Origin: a virus
Taxonomy: Duplodnaviria > Heunggongvirae > Uroviricota > Caudoviricetes
DNA: 64,000 bases
IMG/VR virus record: IMGVR_UViG_3300020049_008481
Strand: one strand, 5' to 3'
A model generated the notes under the pieces. The model was not told the DNA's origin, searched no databases, and saw only the letters and a list, made by a program, of their open reading frames with translations. Within the stretch, counting starts at the first letter, position 1, and every line of letters begins with the position of its first letter. The translations under genes and the position numbers were made by a program. Shown here piece by piece: positions 1 to 8,101 of this stretch.

Positions 1-3
1 AGC

Positions 4-279
4 ATGCCAACGCTAGAAAAAACCCCTAGACCAATCGTTGTCCGCACCAGAGAAAATGATGATCCAGAAGGGCGTATTTTACTGGACCTTACAGTGGAAG
101 CTATCGGTGTCGGTGACGCTTGCCGTAAAGCCATAGCTTTAGCTGACATCAACTGTGAGCATCCTGACCCTGACGGGTACATTTTAGACGTTCTGTTCGT
201 GACTGACCCTGACACTGGGGAATGGAAAGTGGATGCTTTCCGATACAACCCCGAAAATCCACCGGAGATTGAGGCTTAG
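4..279 (+). CDS. hypothetical protein (start lies 3 nt from the window edge and may be a truncated N-terminus)
   Basis: ORF in track; same strand and tiling as downstream genes; no recognisable motif. Confidence 0.4.
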   Translation: MPTLEKTPRPIVVRTRENDDPEGRILLDLTVEAIGVGDACRKAIALADINCEHPDPDGYILDVLFVTDPDTGEWKVDAFRYNPENPPEIEA

Positions 280-280
280 A

Positions 281-478
281 ATGGTATTTATGGTCTTGCT
301 TGTCTTGTGTTTAGCTGGTTCGATGTATGCGCTTGTCTATGCGTTGCATAATATAAACATAAATGGTAAAATTGGGATGGATAACATTGGACTCACTTTT
401 GACACAACAGGTGCTAACCTTGCCAAGCTAAGAGAATATCCTATTATGAACTTAGCTGATTGGGATTTGGAGTCCTGA
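281..478 (+). CDS. small membrane protein (hydrophobic N-terminus MVFMVLLVLCLAGSMYALVYAL)
   Basis: ATG at 281 immediately follows the TAG stop of the upstream ORF (TAGAATG). Internal in-frame start of track ORF 233..478. One predicted TM helix. Confidence 0.3.
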   Translation: MVFMVLLVLCLAGSMYALVYALHNININGKIGMDNIGLTFDTTGANLAKLREYPIMNLADWDLES

Positions 479-661
479 TGACAGCGTATGATGACACATT
501 CAAACCTGTACCCGATAGGAATGTACGAATGAAGTATCCGCCCAAAGGGTAGAAAGTCCGTTAAGCCGATAGAAACCTTCGCACTATCTGGCAACGACGA
601 AACATTCATTACGAAGGCAATAGACCTGGCAAAGACACACACCAGCGGTGGCTCCTATGAT

Positions 662-973
662 ATGGTTGCACTGTACGTTAAAGGATCAAGAATCATCGTC
701 GGAAAGAACGACCTGATCCGACCTGCCACGACGATGAATGCATCGTATCCTGACATTGCAGGGGTTCACTGTGAACTGTCCTGCTACTACAAGAATCCAC
801 AGATGCGTGGTGGAACCATCTATGTGGCTGGACGTAAAGCATCATCTTCATCAATCATGATGAATTCGCGCCCTTGCCGGTATTGTGCTGCGCTGTTGCA
901 GTCCACTCGTACTAACTGGATTGTGTTTGTCCAAGAAGGAACTTTTGTTAAGGCCAGAATTGAGGATTTGTAA
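662..973 (+). CDS. CDA-fold zinc deaminase (cytidine/dCMP deaminase-like), 103 aa
   Basis: HCE ... (32 aa) ... PCRYCA matches the H(A/C)E-x(24-36)-PCxxC zinc-binding signature of the cytidine/deoxycytidylate deaminase superfamily. Confidence 0.6.
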   Translation: MVALYVKGSRIIVGKNDLIRPATTMNASYPDIAGVHCELSCYYKNPQMRGGTIYVAGRKASSSSIMMNSRPCRYCAALLQSTRTNWIVFVQEGTFVKARIEDL

Positions 974-1354
974 ATGCCTAAATATAAAGTCGTACTAACT
1001 GCAGCTAACTCTAACGCTCTCGGAGTAAAACATCACGAGGTTATCGTAGAAGCTGTTAACGAACGCTACGCTGAAGATGAAGGAAGAAACTCTTGGGCCA
1101 CAGCAGGGCTAGATGTAGCCCCGCCTCTCCCTATCCAGAGTGTGGAAGTAATTCTACTAGATCCACTGCGTGACCTAAGCGAGTTAATAGCCGAACATGT
1201 TTTGGAACCCCATGACTACGATGGGTGCGACGTGTATTGCAAGTGCGGGTTCGGGAGTAACGAAAGCAAGGACGCCTTTCTTCCTGATGAGAAATGGGCG
1301 GCTCATCTCACTGAAATCCTAATAAATGCTGGCTTTGTCAAGAAGGTAGAATAA
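974..1354 (+). CDS. hypothetical protein
   Basis: ORF abuts upstream stop (TAAATG); no motif recognised. Confidence 0.5.
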   Translation: MPKYKVVLTAANSNALGVKHHEVIVEAVNERYAEDEGRNSWATAGLDVAPPLPIQSVEVILLDPLRDLSELIAEHVLEPHDYDGCDVYCKCGFGSNESKDAFLPDEKWAAHLTEILINAGFVKKVE

Positions 1355-1654
1355 GTGGTACTAGACGATAGAGTTACTAGACAAGACGTGCAAGACCTTG
1401 TAGACCGAATGTATGACCATGGGGTCTTTGGCGAAATAGACATTCGCTGGGACTATTCAGGCAGAGGTATGTATGGTAAAACATGCGTCGGTTTCGTTAC
1501 CGACGTATCCCCTGTGCTTTTTGGGTACACTATGGGTCAAGCAATGGCAGAAATGAACGATCAGCGGCGGTTCATGGACCAGTCACCCACATGGGAAGAG
1601 AATGATGTCCCACGCAGAGCAGACAGTATGGGACGAAGCACGATCTACTACTAG
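1355..1654 (+). CDS. hypothetical protein
   Basis: ORF directly following previous gene (GTG start as translated in track). Confidence 0.45.
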   Translation: MVLDDRVTRQDVQDLVDRMYDHGVFGEIDIRWDYSGRGMYGKTCVGFVTDVSPVLFGYTMGQAMAEMNDQRRFMDQSPTWEENDVPRRADSMGRSTIYY

Positions 1655-1665
1655 AAAGAAACAAC

Positions 1666-2136
1666 ATGCCTGCATACCCAGCAAGCCTTTTTCTGGATGT
1701 GCCAGAAGCAGCAAAAACAACCCCTAGACCCCAACAGAACTTCAAGTCAAGAGTAAGTTCCTACCCCTCAACAACATTCATGACATTCACCGACTGTATT
1801 CATGGTGATCACTCAGAATGTGTAGAAAAAAGGGAATTCAAAGTCAGCGTTCCAGGCAGACTGACCAATGTAAATTATGAATGCGACTGTGACTGCCACT
1901 ACAAATACACACCTATAACCGATGGATACAAAAATTCCAAATGTCTTCAAAACTCACACGACGAATGCAGCGGGAACTTCTGCTCATGCTACTGTCATGG
2001 GCAAAAATACAGTCTGTCAGAAACATACGTATCACAGCAATGCGTGAGACGAGACCATGGTAAATGCGTATCGGGCAGGTTCTGCAAATGCTACTGTCAC
2101 GTAGAAGGGATACAAAATGCCCGCTATAGCTGCTAA
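1666..2136 (+). CDS. Cys/His-rich repeat protein A (three H-x-x-C ... CxCxCH units)
   Basis: Repeated motifs CDCDCHYKY, CSCYCHGQKY and CKCYCHVEG, each preceded by H/D-x-x-C; paralog of the next gene. Confidence 0.55.
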   Translation: MPAYPASLFLDVPEAAKTTPRPQQNFKSRVSSYPSTTFMTFTDCIHGDHSECVEKREFKVSVPGRLTNVNYECDCDCHYKYTPITDGYKNSKCLQNSHDECSGNFCSCYCHGQKYSLSETYVSQQCVRRDHGKCVSGRFCKCYCHVEGIQNARYSC

Positions 2137-2602
2137 AGATTTCCTCCTGCATCCTTTGAACGGCACCACGCCTGCACGCCCATATGATGACGTAGGAACG
2201 TTTTCTATGTGTCTAAGTGGAAATCATACTGGGTGCCTCAGCGAAGTGCCAATCTTTGGGGTGGACCCCAAGGTCGGTATGTTTGTATGTGACTGCAAAT
2301 GCCACGACGACTTTGATCTAGATGATTGCTACGAATTCTTCAAGTTCAGTGAATGCTTAAGTGGCTGGCACGAATACTGTCATGAAATTGACAACGTGGA
2401 AGAAGAAATGTGCTCATGCACTTGCCACGAAGACAGTGAACGAAACTTGATTCTTCAAGCATATGATGACATATGTGTAGAATTTGGGATTGATGACATC
2501 TCAGATTTTGAAACCATCAAAGCAATACTAATGGCACAGAAAGAAAACAAAGTGCTGGCTCAAGAGGGGCTAGCCCTATTAGAGACTATCCAGTCATGGT
2601 AA
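2117..2602 (+). CDS. Cys/His-rich repeat protein B (paralog of 1666..2136)
   Basis: Motifs CDCKCHDD and CSCTCHED preceded by GNHTGC / GWHEYC. 20-nt overlap with the upstream paralog. Acidic C-terminal tail. Confidence 0.55.
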   Translation: MPAIAAKDFLLHPLNGTTPARPYDDVGTFSMCLSGNHTGCLSEVPIFGVDPKVGMFVCDCKCHDDFDLDDCYEFFKFSECLSGWHEYCHEIDNVEEEMCSCTCHEDSERNLILQAYDDICVEFGIDDISDFETIKAILMAQKENKVLAQEGLALLETIQSW

Positions 2603-2623
2603 ACCAAACAAAGGAAAACTATA

Positions 2624-3439
2624 ATGCCTGACTTTTACCTTCCACCGGAAGCCGACAAGACCTACGCTTCCTACCGTCGAACCGTAGGGCAAGAGGTTGA
2701 AATGGCATCAGGTGCTGATGCTGCTGGCGTCTTGCATGCTGCAGGGCTAGCCCCTGACCGCAACCTTCACGGTTACGCTTGTTCCTGTCGTTACCGTGAC
2801 ACCTACCCTGTGCATCCCACTTCGGACTGCACGGCAGGCGGTGGTGAATTCATCATCGGTGGCTCTCGTGGAGTTCTGTTCGGATCGAAGACCTACTTCG
2901 ATGCAACGAACTATCTTGCGGTAGCTTTGCAGCAGGTCCGTGGCACCCACAGCCGATCGGTGGGCATGCACACTCACGTCGGGGCCAGCGACCTCACCAA
3001 TCAGCAGAAATGCCAGCTTATCAGAATCTACCTGAGATTCCAGGAGGAATTCTTGGAGTTGGCTGCGCTCAGTGACCGAGAGGTTCGTTCAAACGGCAAC
3101 ACCGAGCCTAGGCTGAACCAGAGCTACTACATCACCAGTCCTGATGTTTGGGAGTTGCCTGTTGCTGAGCTTTCCTTCCCTCTCCCCGGTCGCCCCACTC
3201 TAAACTTCGGTGGCCGAGGTGGACCTACCATCGAGTTCCGAGCCTGGAATGCTTCCCGAGTTGCCTGGCGTATGCATTTGGCAGCCGGTGTATCTTCTGC
3301 TATGGTAGAAGCTGCCAAAGCAGAGAAGCTGACTGTCCCCGGTGACGACTATACGCTTATCACTTTCCTTGAAGACATTGCCCCGCCTGATATCATTGGG
3401 CTGATGCATCGTCAGTTCAACTACCATAGGAGCCTGTAA
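2624..3439 (+). CDS. amidoligase-family protein 1 (GS/GCS2-like carboxylate-amine ligase fold, Amidoligase_2-like)
   Basis: N-terminal VGQEVEM, like the GxExEF start of the GCS2 family. GMHTHVG motif. C-terminal EFRAWNASRVAWR. All three blocks are shared with the paralog at 7140..8099. Confidence 0.45.
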   Translation: MPDFYLPPEADKTYASYRRTVGQEVEMASGADAAGVLHAAGLAPDRNLHGYACSCRYRDTYPVHPTSDCTAGGGEFIIGGSRGVLFGSKTYFDATNYLAVALQQVRGTHSRSVGMHTHVGASDLTNQQKCQLIRIYLRFQEEFLELAALSDREVRSNGNTEPRLNQSYYITSPDVWELPVAELSFPLPGRPTLNFGGRGGPTIEFRAWNASRVAWRMHLAAGVSSAMVEAAKAEKLTVPGDDYTLITFLEDIAPPDIIGLMHRQFNYHRSL

Positions 3440-4273
3440 ATGCCTATTACTCTAGCTAGACCAGAACTTTATGATCCGTTTGGATTTCTTCTAGAAGAGG
3501 AACTTCCACAGATCATGACGTATGCCTTGCCTGACGATGGCGCTGGCGTAGTATCTTTCTTAACTTCATCACGTCCAACTGACGAGGAAGTTGAGGCCCG
3601 CCTGGAAGAGATGAGGCTAGCCGAGATTGCCCGTTCCAGAACAGGATGTTACTTCAACAACTGTAATGATCCAGTAATCTGGAGCGCCCGACTACTTGTT
3701 TCCCCATCTAATTGTCCAGGTAGAGATGGTCGCTGGCGGACCAATTACAGAGCCGAGCGTGTTTCACTGTGTTCCGAGCACGCAGTCAACTGGCATGGCG
3801 GCTTCTCTAACATGACACGCCAGCGTGACCGGCATCCGGCTATGCCGACAGATACGGTAGAGGTTCCTCATACAAGAGTCGATGGGTTCAGAGATGTTAT
3901 AACGATGATCCCTAACCCCGGACACTATAGGCTAACTGGCCGAACCGGGTCATACCAAAATGTTCACATCTCCCGAGTCACTGAGCACAGTGTTCAGGTC
4001 GAAATCACTGATGACTCTGGTGCGCTAGTTCATAATTCAAGAGTGAACAATGATGATCGTGGGAGTGGAGACTACATCACAATACACCCTAGGCGCAACA
4101 CGCTTAGAACTATCTGTCAAGTCGAGATGGAAGCTGCAAGAGCATGGGGCCAGCATCATGGACGTGACCCCCTAACCCATTATGTCCTTCGCTCTGAAAG
4201 TTCCAGGGCTGCAGGCATGAGCACAAACACTTTCCGTACAATCTATAGGAGAATAAACAATGCCGTGTCGTGA
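3440..4273 (+). CDS. hypothetical protein (277 aa) inside the amidoligase cluster
   Basis: ORF abuts upstream stop (TAAATG); no motif recognised. Confidence 0.5.
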   Translation: MPITLARPELYDPFGFLLEEELPQIMTYALPDDGAGVVSFLTSSRPTDEEVEARLEEMRLAEIARSRTGCYFNNCNDPVIWSARLLVSPSNCPGRDGRWRTNYRAERVSLCSEHAVNWHGGFSNMTRQRDRHPAMPTDTVEVPHTRVDGFRDVITMIPNPGHYRLTGRTGSYQNVHISRVTEHSVQVEITDDSGALVHNSRVNNDDRGSGDYITIHPRRNTLRTICQVEMEAARAWGQHHGRDPLTHYVLRSESSRAAGMSTNTFRTIYRRINNAVS

Positions 4274-4562
4274 TATTAACTGTGATGACGAATACTGTGA
4301 TGCTGACGACTACTATGAGGACGACTACTATGAAGATGACTACTCCGAGGGAGCGGGCCGAGTGATTTGCCGTTCATGTAATGAAGAGGACAACCTCCTT
4401 GATATCCTAACAGAGACAACGTACTGCCAGTGCAGAATCCCCCCTGGAACAATGTATATCAAGGTAGAAACCCCACTGGCAACGCTGGTGGCCAATAAGC
4501 CTAGTGAGGAAGCGTGGCCGGTCGTGCCACCCGATGAGGTTAAGCCGAAAATCCATTCATGA
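4260..4562 (+). CDS. acidic Tyr/Cys-rich small protein (DDYYEDDYYEDDYSE repeat)
   Basis: ORF with three tandem 15-nt repeats encoding DDYYE units, flanked by CxxC/CQC cysteines. ATGA overlap with the downstream GGCT gene. Confidence 0.5.
   Translation: MPCRDINCDDEYCDADDYYEDDYYEDDYSEGAGRVICRSCNEEDNLLDILTETTYCQCRIPPGTMYIKVETPLATLVANKPSEEAWPVVPPDEVKPKIHS
4305..4349 (+). repeat. 3 x 15-nt tandem repeat (gacgactactatgag / gacgactactatgaa / gatgactactccgag)
   Basis: Read directly in the sequence; encodes DDYYE-DDYYE-DDYSE. Confidence 0.7.
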
Positions 4563-4951
4563 GGAAGCTTTTCGTTTACGGAACCTTAAGGCCCGGAATG
4601 GCTTTATATCCGCTACTAGCAGACGTAGTAGTAAAATCTATTCCTGCAACTATTGAAGGTGAGCTTCACTCTTTCATGGGTGGAGCTTACCCGGTTGCAT
4701 TCCTAGATAAGCCGGGAGTAATTAAGGGTGATATCCTAACATGTTTAGAACATGGAGGCACACTTAACTCAGTGTGCGCTATGGAAAGACGTGCAGGATA
4801 CACGGAAAAGCTCGTAGATGCCACTACAGAGGATGGTAGAATCATTGAAGTCATGGCATTCGACTTCACTGAATACAGATTTATGGGTACGGATTGTGCA
4901 GTCACTTCCGGTGACTGGAAACAGTTCTGTGCCGAGAATCGCTACTATTGA
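4559..4951 (+). CDS. gamma-glutamyl cyclotransferase / AIG2-like family protein
   Basis: N-terminal KLFVYGTLRPG, the hallmark hFVYGTLk.G motif of the AIG2/GGCT fold; size 130 aa. Confidence 0.7.
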   Translation: MRKLFVYGTLRPGMALYPLLADVVVKSIPATIEGELHSFMGGAYPVAFLDKPGVIKGDILTCLEHGGTLNSVCAMERRAGYTEKLVDATTEDGRIIEVMAFDFTEYRFMGTDCAVTSGDWKQFCAENRYY

Positions 4952-4976
4952 CATTTAGCAGAACATCTGCTATACT
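4948..4976 (+). promoter_or_regulatory. sigma70-like promoter TTGACA-17-TATACT with a palindromic operator-like site (TAGCAGA-ACA-TCTGCTA, 4956..4972) in the spacer
   Basis: Exact consensus -35 hexamer and 17-nt spacer. The -10 TATACT is identical to three other candidate promoters in the window. Lies in the 106-nt gap upstream of the GAT-II gene. Confidence 0.4.
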
Positions 4977-5057
4977 GATATAAATAGTGCGTCAACCAAC
5001 GTACTTCAACTTTAAAAAACAAATCCATCTAAAGACGATGGTAAACTCAGAAAGAGG

Positions 5058-6506
5058 GTGGTCCTCATTTGTGGGATCGCAGGAATTAATCTATCAGATC
5101 AAGACGCAGGCGTCATCGACGCCGCTCAACTAGCCAAGAACCTACTTCTTGGAATCCAGTCCCGAGGCCGAGACGCCTCAGGAGCCGCATGGTACGACAC
5201 TGACGGTGTGCTAATGATCCAGAAGGATGCAATGGCAGCCACCAGCTTCGTAGAACAGCTTGACCTACCGAGTGACGCTCGGAATGTCATTCTCCATACA
5301 AGGATGGCTACCCAGGGTAGCCCCGAAAACAACCACAACAATCACCCGATCATTACCGGCAACATCGTTGGTGTTCATAACGGAGTTATGCACAACGACT
5401 ACAACTTGTTCCAGAAGATCGGCCCAGGTAGACGAATTGCCCAGGTAGACACGGAAGCGATCTTTGCTGCCATCGCCTATGGGCTAGAGAAGGACTCAGA
5501 TGGCAAGCATCTGATCGCCGGTTCCATTCCAGAAATCCTTAACGAGATTTCTGGTTCTGCTGCAATTGCATGGCAGGAAATTGATGGGAATCCCACAACG
5601 TTCCGTGTAGCCAAAATCTCTGGGTCCCCGTTCGTGTTTGCCCAGACTCCCGGTGGGTCTTTCATCTTCGCTTCTGAAGCTGAAATTCTCAACAAGGCTG
5701 CTGCAGCTTCAGACGTGGAACTACTGTTCGTTGACTCATTGACTGACGGTACTTTGATGGAGATTGACGCTGGCAAGATCGTGGCAGTCAATACCTGGGA
5801 AGACAAGACGCCTACCAAGAAGACGTACACCACTGGATCAGGCTACGTCAATCGATCTACCAACACTCCGACTCAGGGCACTCTGCCTGTTACTACAACT
5901 GGCAGCGACGAGTCAATGACTGAAATCATCGCAAAGGTGATGTCAGATTCTTCCTTTCATTCCCTTGCTGCCTCCCATGGGACGGTTGTTAACCATCTCA
6001 GCGAAGGCACTTACGTCGGGAATGGCAAATACGACGAAGAGTATGTCGAACGTGAAGCGTCTATTGATAGGTTCATGAAGCATATCAGTGACGAGCCTGA
6101 CACTGTGATTGACACCGTTCGGGACCTTCACGGCTTCGTTCGCCCTGGCAACTGGGTGATGACAGGCGTAGGCAATGTCCCCATCGTTGGGCAGATTGTT
6201 TCCCTACCCCAAGCGTTCCCCTACGGAGAATACATGATCAAGGGGTACTTCCCGATCAACAAGTATGATGACTTCGACACTGTTCTAGTCTCACGAAGCA
6301 ACGAAGATTTCATTGTATTCAATCAGGCAACACAATACATCCTTGACTCTGGGACTAGTCTAACAGCAGAGATGCTCAACACGTTCCAGTTGATCCTAGA
6401 GGATCTAGGAACCTATGTGGACTCAAGTGAGGACAAGTATGTGAGAACTTCAACTGGCAAGGATTACGTAGTGGGACCTGACAAGTCCCTTGTTCCAGTG
6501 AACTAA
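5058..6506 (+). CDS. class-II (Ntn-type) glutamine amidotransferase domain protein with an uncharacterised about 260 aa C-terminal domain
   Basis: N-terminal (MVLI)CGIAGI, with RGRDASG, HTRMATQG, NHP, HNGVMHNDYNLF and DTEAI blocks, match the PurF/AsnB/GlmS-type GATase-II domain. Four residues precede the catalytic Cys, implying a propeptide or a different start. Confidence 0.65.
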   Translation: MVLICGIAGINLSDQDAGVIDAAQLAKNLLLGIQSRGRDASGAAWYDTDGVLMIQKDAMAATSFVEQLDLPSDARNVILHTRMATQGSPENNHNNHPIITGNIVGVHNGVMHNDYNLFQKIGPGRRIAQVDTEAIFAAIAYGLEKDSDGKHLIAGSIPEILNEISGSAAIAWQEIDGNPTTFRVAKISGSPFVFAQTPGGSFIFASEAEILNKAAAASDVELLFVDSLTDGTLMEIDAGKIVAVNTWEDKTPTKKTYTTGSGYVNRSTNTPTQGTLPVTTTGSDESMTEIIAKVMSDSSFHSLAASHGTVVNHLSEGTYVGNGKYDEEYVEREASIDRFMKHISDEPDTVIDTVRDLHGFVRPGNWVMTGVGNVPIVGQIVSLPQAFPYGEYMIKGYFPINKYDDFDTVLVSRSNEDFIVFNQATQYILDSGTSLTAEMLNTFQLILEDLGTYVDSSEDKYVRTSTGKDYVVGPDKSLVPVN

Positions 6507-6513
6507 GGAAAAA

Positions 6514-7152
6514 ATGACAACTGTACAAGTAACCGGAGCCGTCGTAGGATCGGCACCCCAGCGGCGATCGACTATCAGAATAGTCGTACCTGTCAGAAAA
6601 AAGCTCCCTGACGGACTAATCCAGCATTCGACCTATTCCGTGCCGCTTCCCGATTACATCAGCTTTTCTGAATGGTATGATCTAGTTGAAGAAGAAGTAT
6701 CACGGCTACGTCACAATAAACAGTGGAAAGACTCTCCATGGATTGAAATTTCCAATAAGGCCAAGGAAAAGCTAGGCAAGCTTCTTATTCATCTAGAGAA
6801 AAACCCTAACGATGTTGCTGCTGGCATAGCTTTTCATAACAAGGTTAACAGATACCTTAGTCTACATAAAGCACGAGAGAATAAGGTAAGCAGAAGCTAT
6901 ACAGCACCACCAAAGGAAGTTGAAAAGCTCCCTGGATGGAAGCTAACAACCTTCCCTATTAGCCAAACTGGTGCTGCACTAATTCACTCCATTATTGGGA
7001 CTAGAGAAGAAGCTATCAAAAAGGCTGAAAAGGTACACAAGGAGCTAGTGGGTAACACGGTTCTGATCGGCTGTAAAAGGATGGAGCCTGTAACCTTAAC
7101 TAAGCCAGACACTAAAAGCTACTACTACAACTATGGGATGTGGGACTATTGA
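6514..7152 (+). CDS. hypothetical protein (212 aa)
   Basis: ORF tiled between the GAT-II gene and amidoligase 2; no motif recognised. Confidence 0.5.
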   Translation: MTTVQVTGAVVGSAPQRRSTIRIVVPVRKKLPDGLIQHSTYSVPLPDYISFSEWYDLVEEEVSRLRHNKQWKDSPWIEISNKAKEKLGKLLIHLEKNPNDVAAGIAFHNKVNRYLSLHKARENKVSRSYTAPPKEVEKLPGWKLTTFPISQTGAALIHSIIGTREEAIKKAEKVHKELVGNTVLIGCKRMEPVTLTKPDTKSYYYNYGMWDY

Positions 7153-8099
7153 CCACTTTTGGAATGGAAATCGAATTTCAGGACAATGCTGAACTTCTCG
7201 TAGAGAAGACGCACATGCTTTACCCTGAGCTTCTGCCCTCAGATTCATTACACTCATACCACTGTGACTGCAACAACTGCATGAGTCGCACTGTGACCCT
7301 AAGAGCGCAACGTGACTCTAGTTGTTCTGGAGAGCTAATCACAAAAGTCTTCAACGAAAACGAGTTCTCTGAATTTGTAGAGGTTCTAGACTGTCTTCAG
7401 GAAGTCGCTGTCGAAGTTGACGCTGTGCCTGGAACAAACGCTGGCGTTCATGTTCACGTTGTCCCAGTTACAGAAAACTTTCTACAGTGCCATGAGTTAT
7501 TATGGCAGTTTATGCGGTGGGAGGATGCAGTCATCCGGCTGGCTAATGGAAGATTCCCTGGCCTCCGTCCGATGAATACGTCAGTTCAGGAATCAAACCT
7601 GTATAACCTTCACACCCTATGGTACGATTATGCCCCAGAGGGGGAAGCTAGGAGAAGAGAGCTATCCGGGTTCAGTGAGTACGTTAAAAAGATTGACGCC
7701 CTGCCCAGCACCTTAGAGGTCGAGGTTGGTCAGCCTAGAGGGGCAACTAGGGAATGGTGGCTAGCTAACCTATTCAACAATCATTATGAAGCGGACAGGC
7801 ACTCGAATCTTGCAATCCGCACACGTCACGACACTTGGGAGTTTAGAGTGTGGAATTCTACACGCTCAGCTTGGCGTTGGGAAATGTATGCCAAAATGTC
7901 TCTGTTGTTAGGGAACTACGAGTTCATGAGTAACCTGAAAGACGTAGAGGTGCCCTCAGACCCGGACGAGGCTCTTGCGGTCCTTCATCCTCTAGTTGGC
8001 GCAAGAGATGAACGACTTGGGGAGTTGATGGGTAAGCAGATTGCATATCAGAATAGTGCAAACTATGGGTGGACTGATTTCTATCAGGTTAGCAGGTAG
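7140..8099 (+). CDS. amidoligase-family protein 2 (paralog of 2624..3439)
   Basis: FGMEIEF N-terminus, GVHVHVV, and EFRVWNSTRSAWR, which aligns with EFRAWNASRVAWR of the paralog. Confidence 0.45.
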   Translation: MGLLTTFGMEIEFQDNAELLVEKTHMLYPELLPSDSLHSYHCDCNNCMSRTVTLRAQRDSSCSGELITKVFNENEFSEFVEVLDCLQEVAVEVDAVPGTNAGVHVHVVPVTENFLQCHELLWQFMRWEDAVIRLANGRFPGLRPMNTSVQESNLYNLHTLWYDYAPEGEARRRELSGFSEYVKKIDALPSTLEVEVGQPRGATREWWLANLFNNHYEADRHSNLAIRTRHDTWEFRVWNSTRSAWRWEMYAKMSLLLGNYEFMSNLKDVEVPSDPDEALAVLHPLVGARDERLGELMGKQIAYQNSANYGWTDFYQVSR

Positions 8100-8101
8100 A
8101 T

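Noticed and set aside
337-642. Antisense and overlapping track ORFs (e.g. 337..642, 1913..2152, 2747..2977, 3127..3427, 4687..4954, 5126..5833, 14298..14900, 15803..16262, 17489..17809, 19664..20011, 20448..20870, 21904..22372, 31558..32184, 39335..39628, 40533..41330, 42630..42863, 43284..43902, 45724..46206, 53067..53554, 59687..60088, 60902..61231)
   Set aside because: They lie opposite or inside longer ORFs with clear domain signatures and consistent same-strand tiling. Their compositions are biased (Ser/Arg/Cys-rich), as expected for shadow frames.
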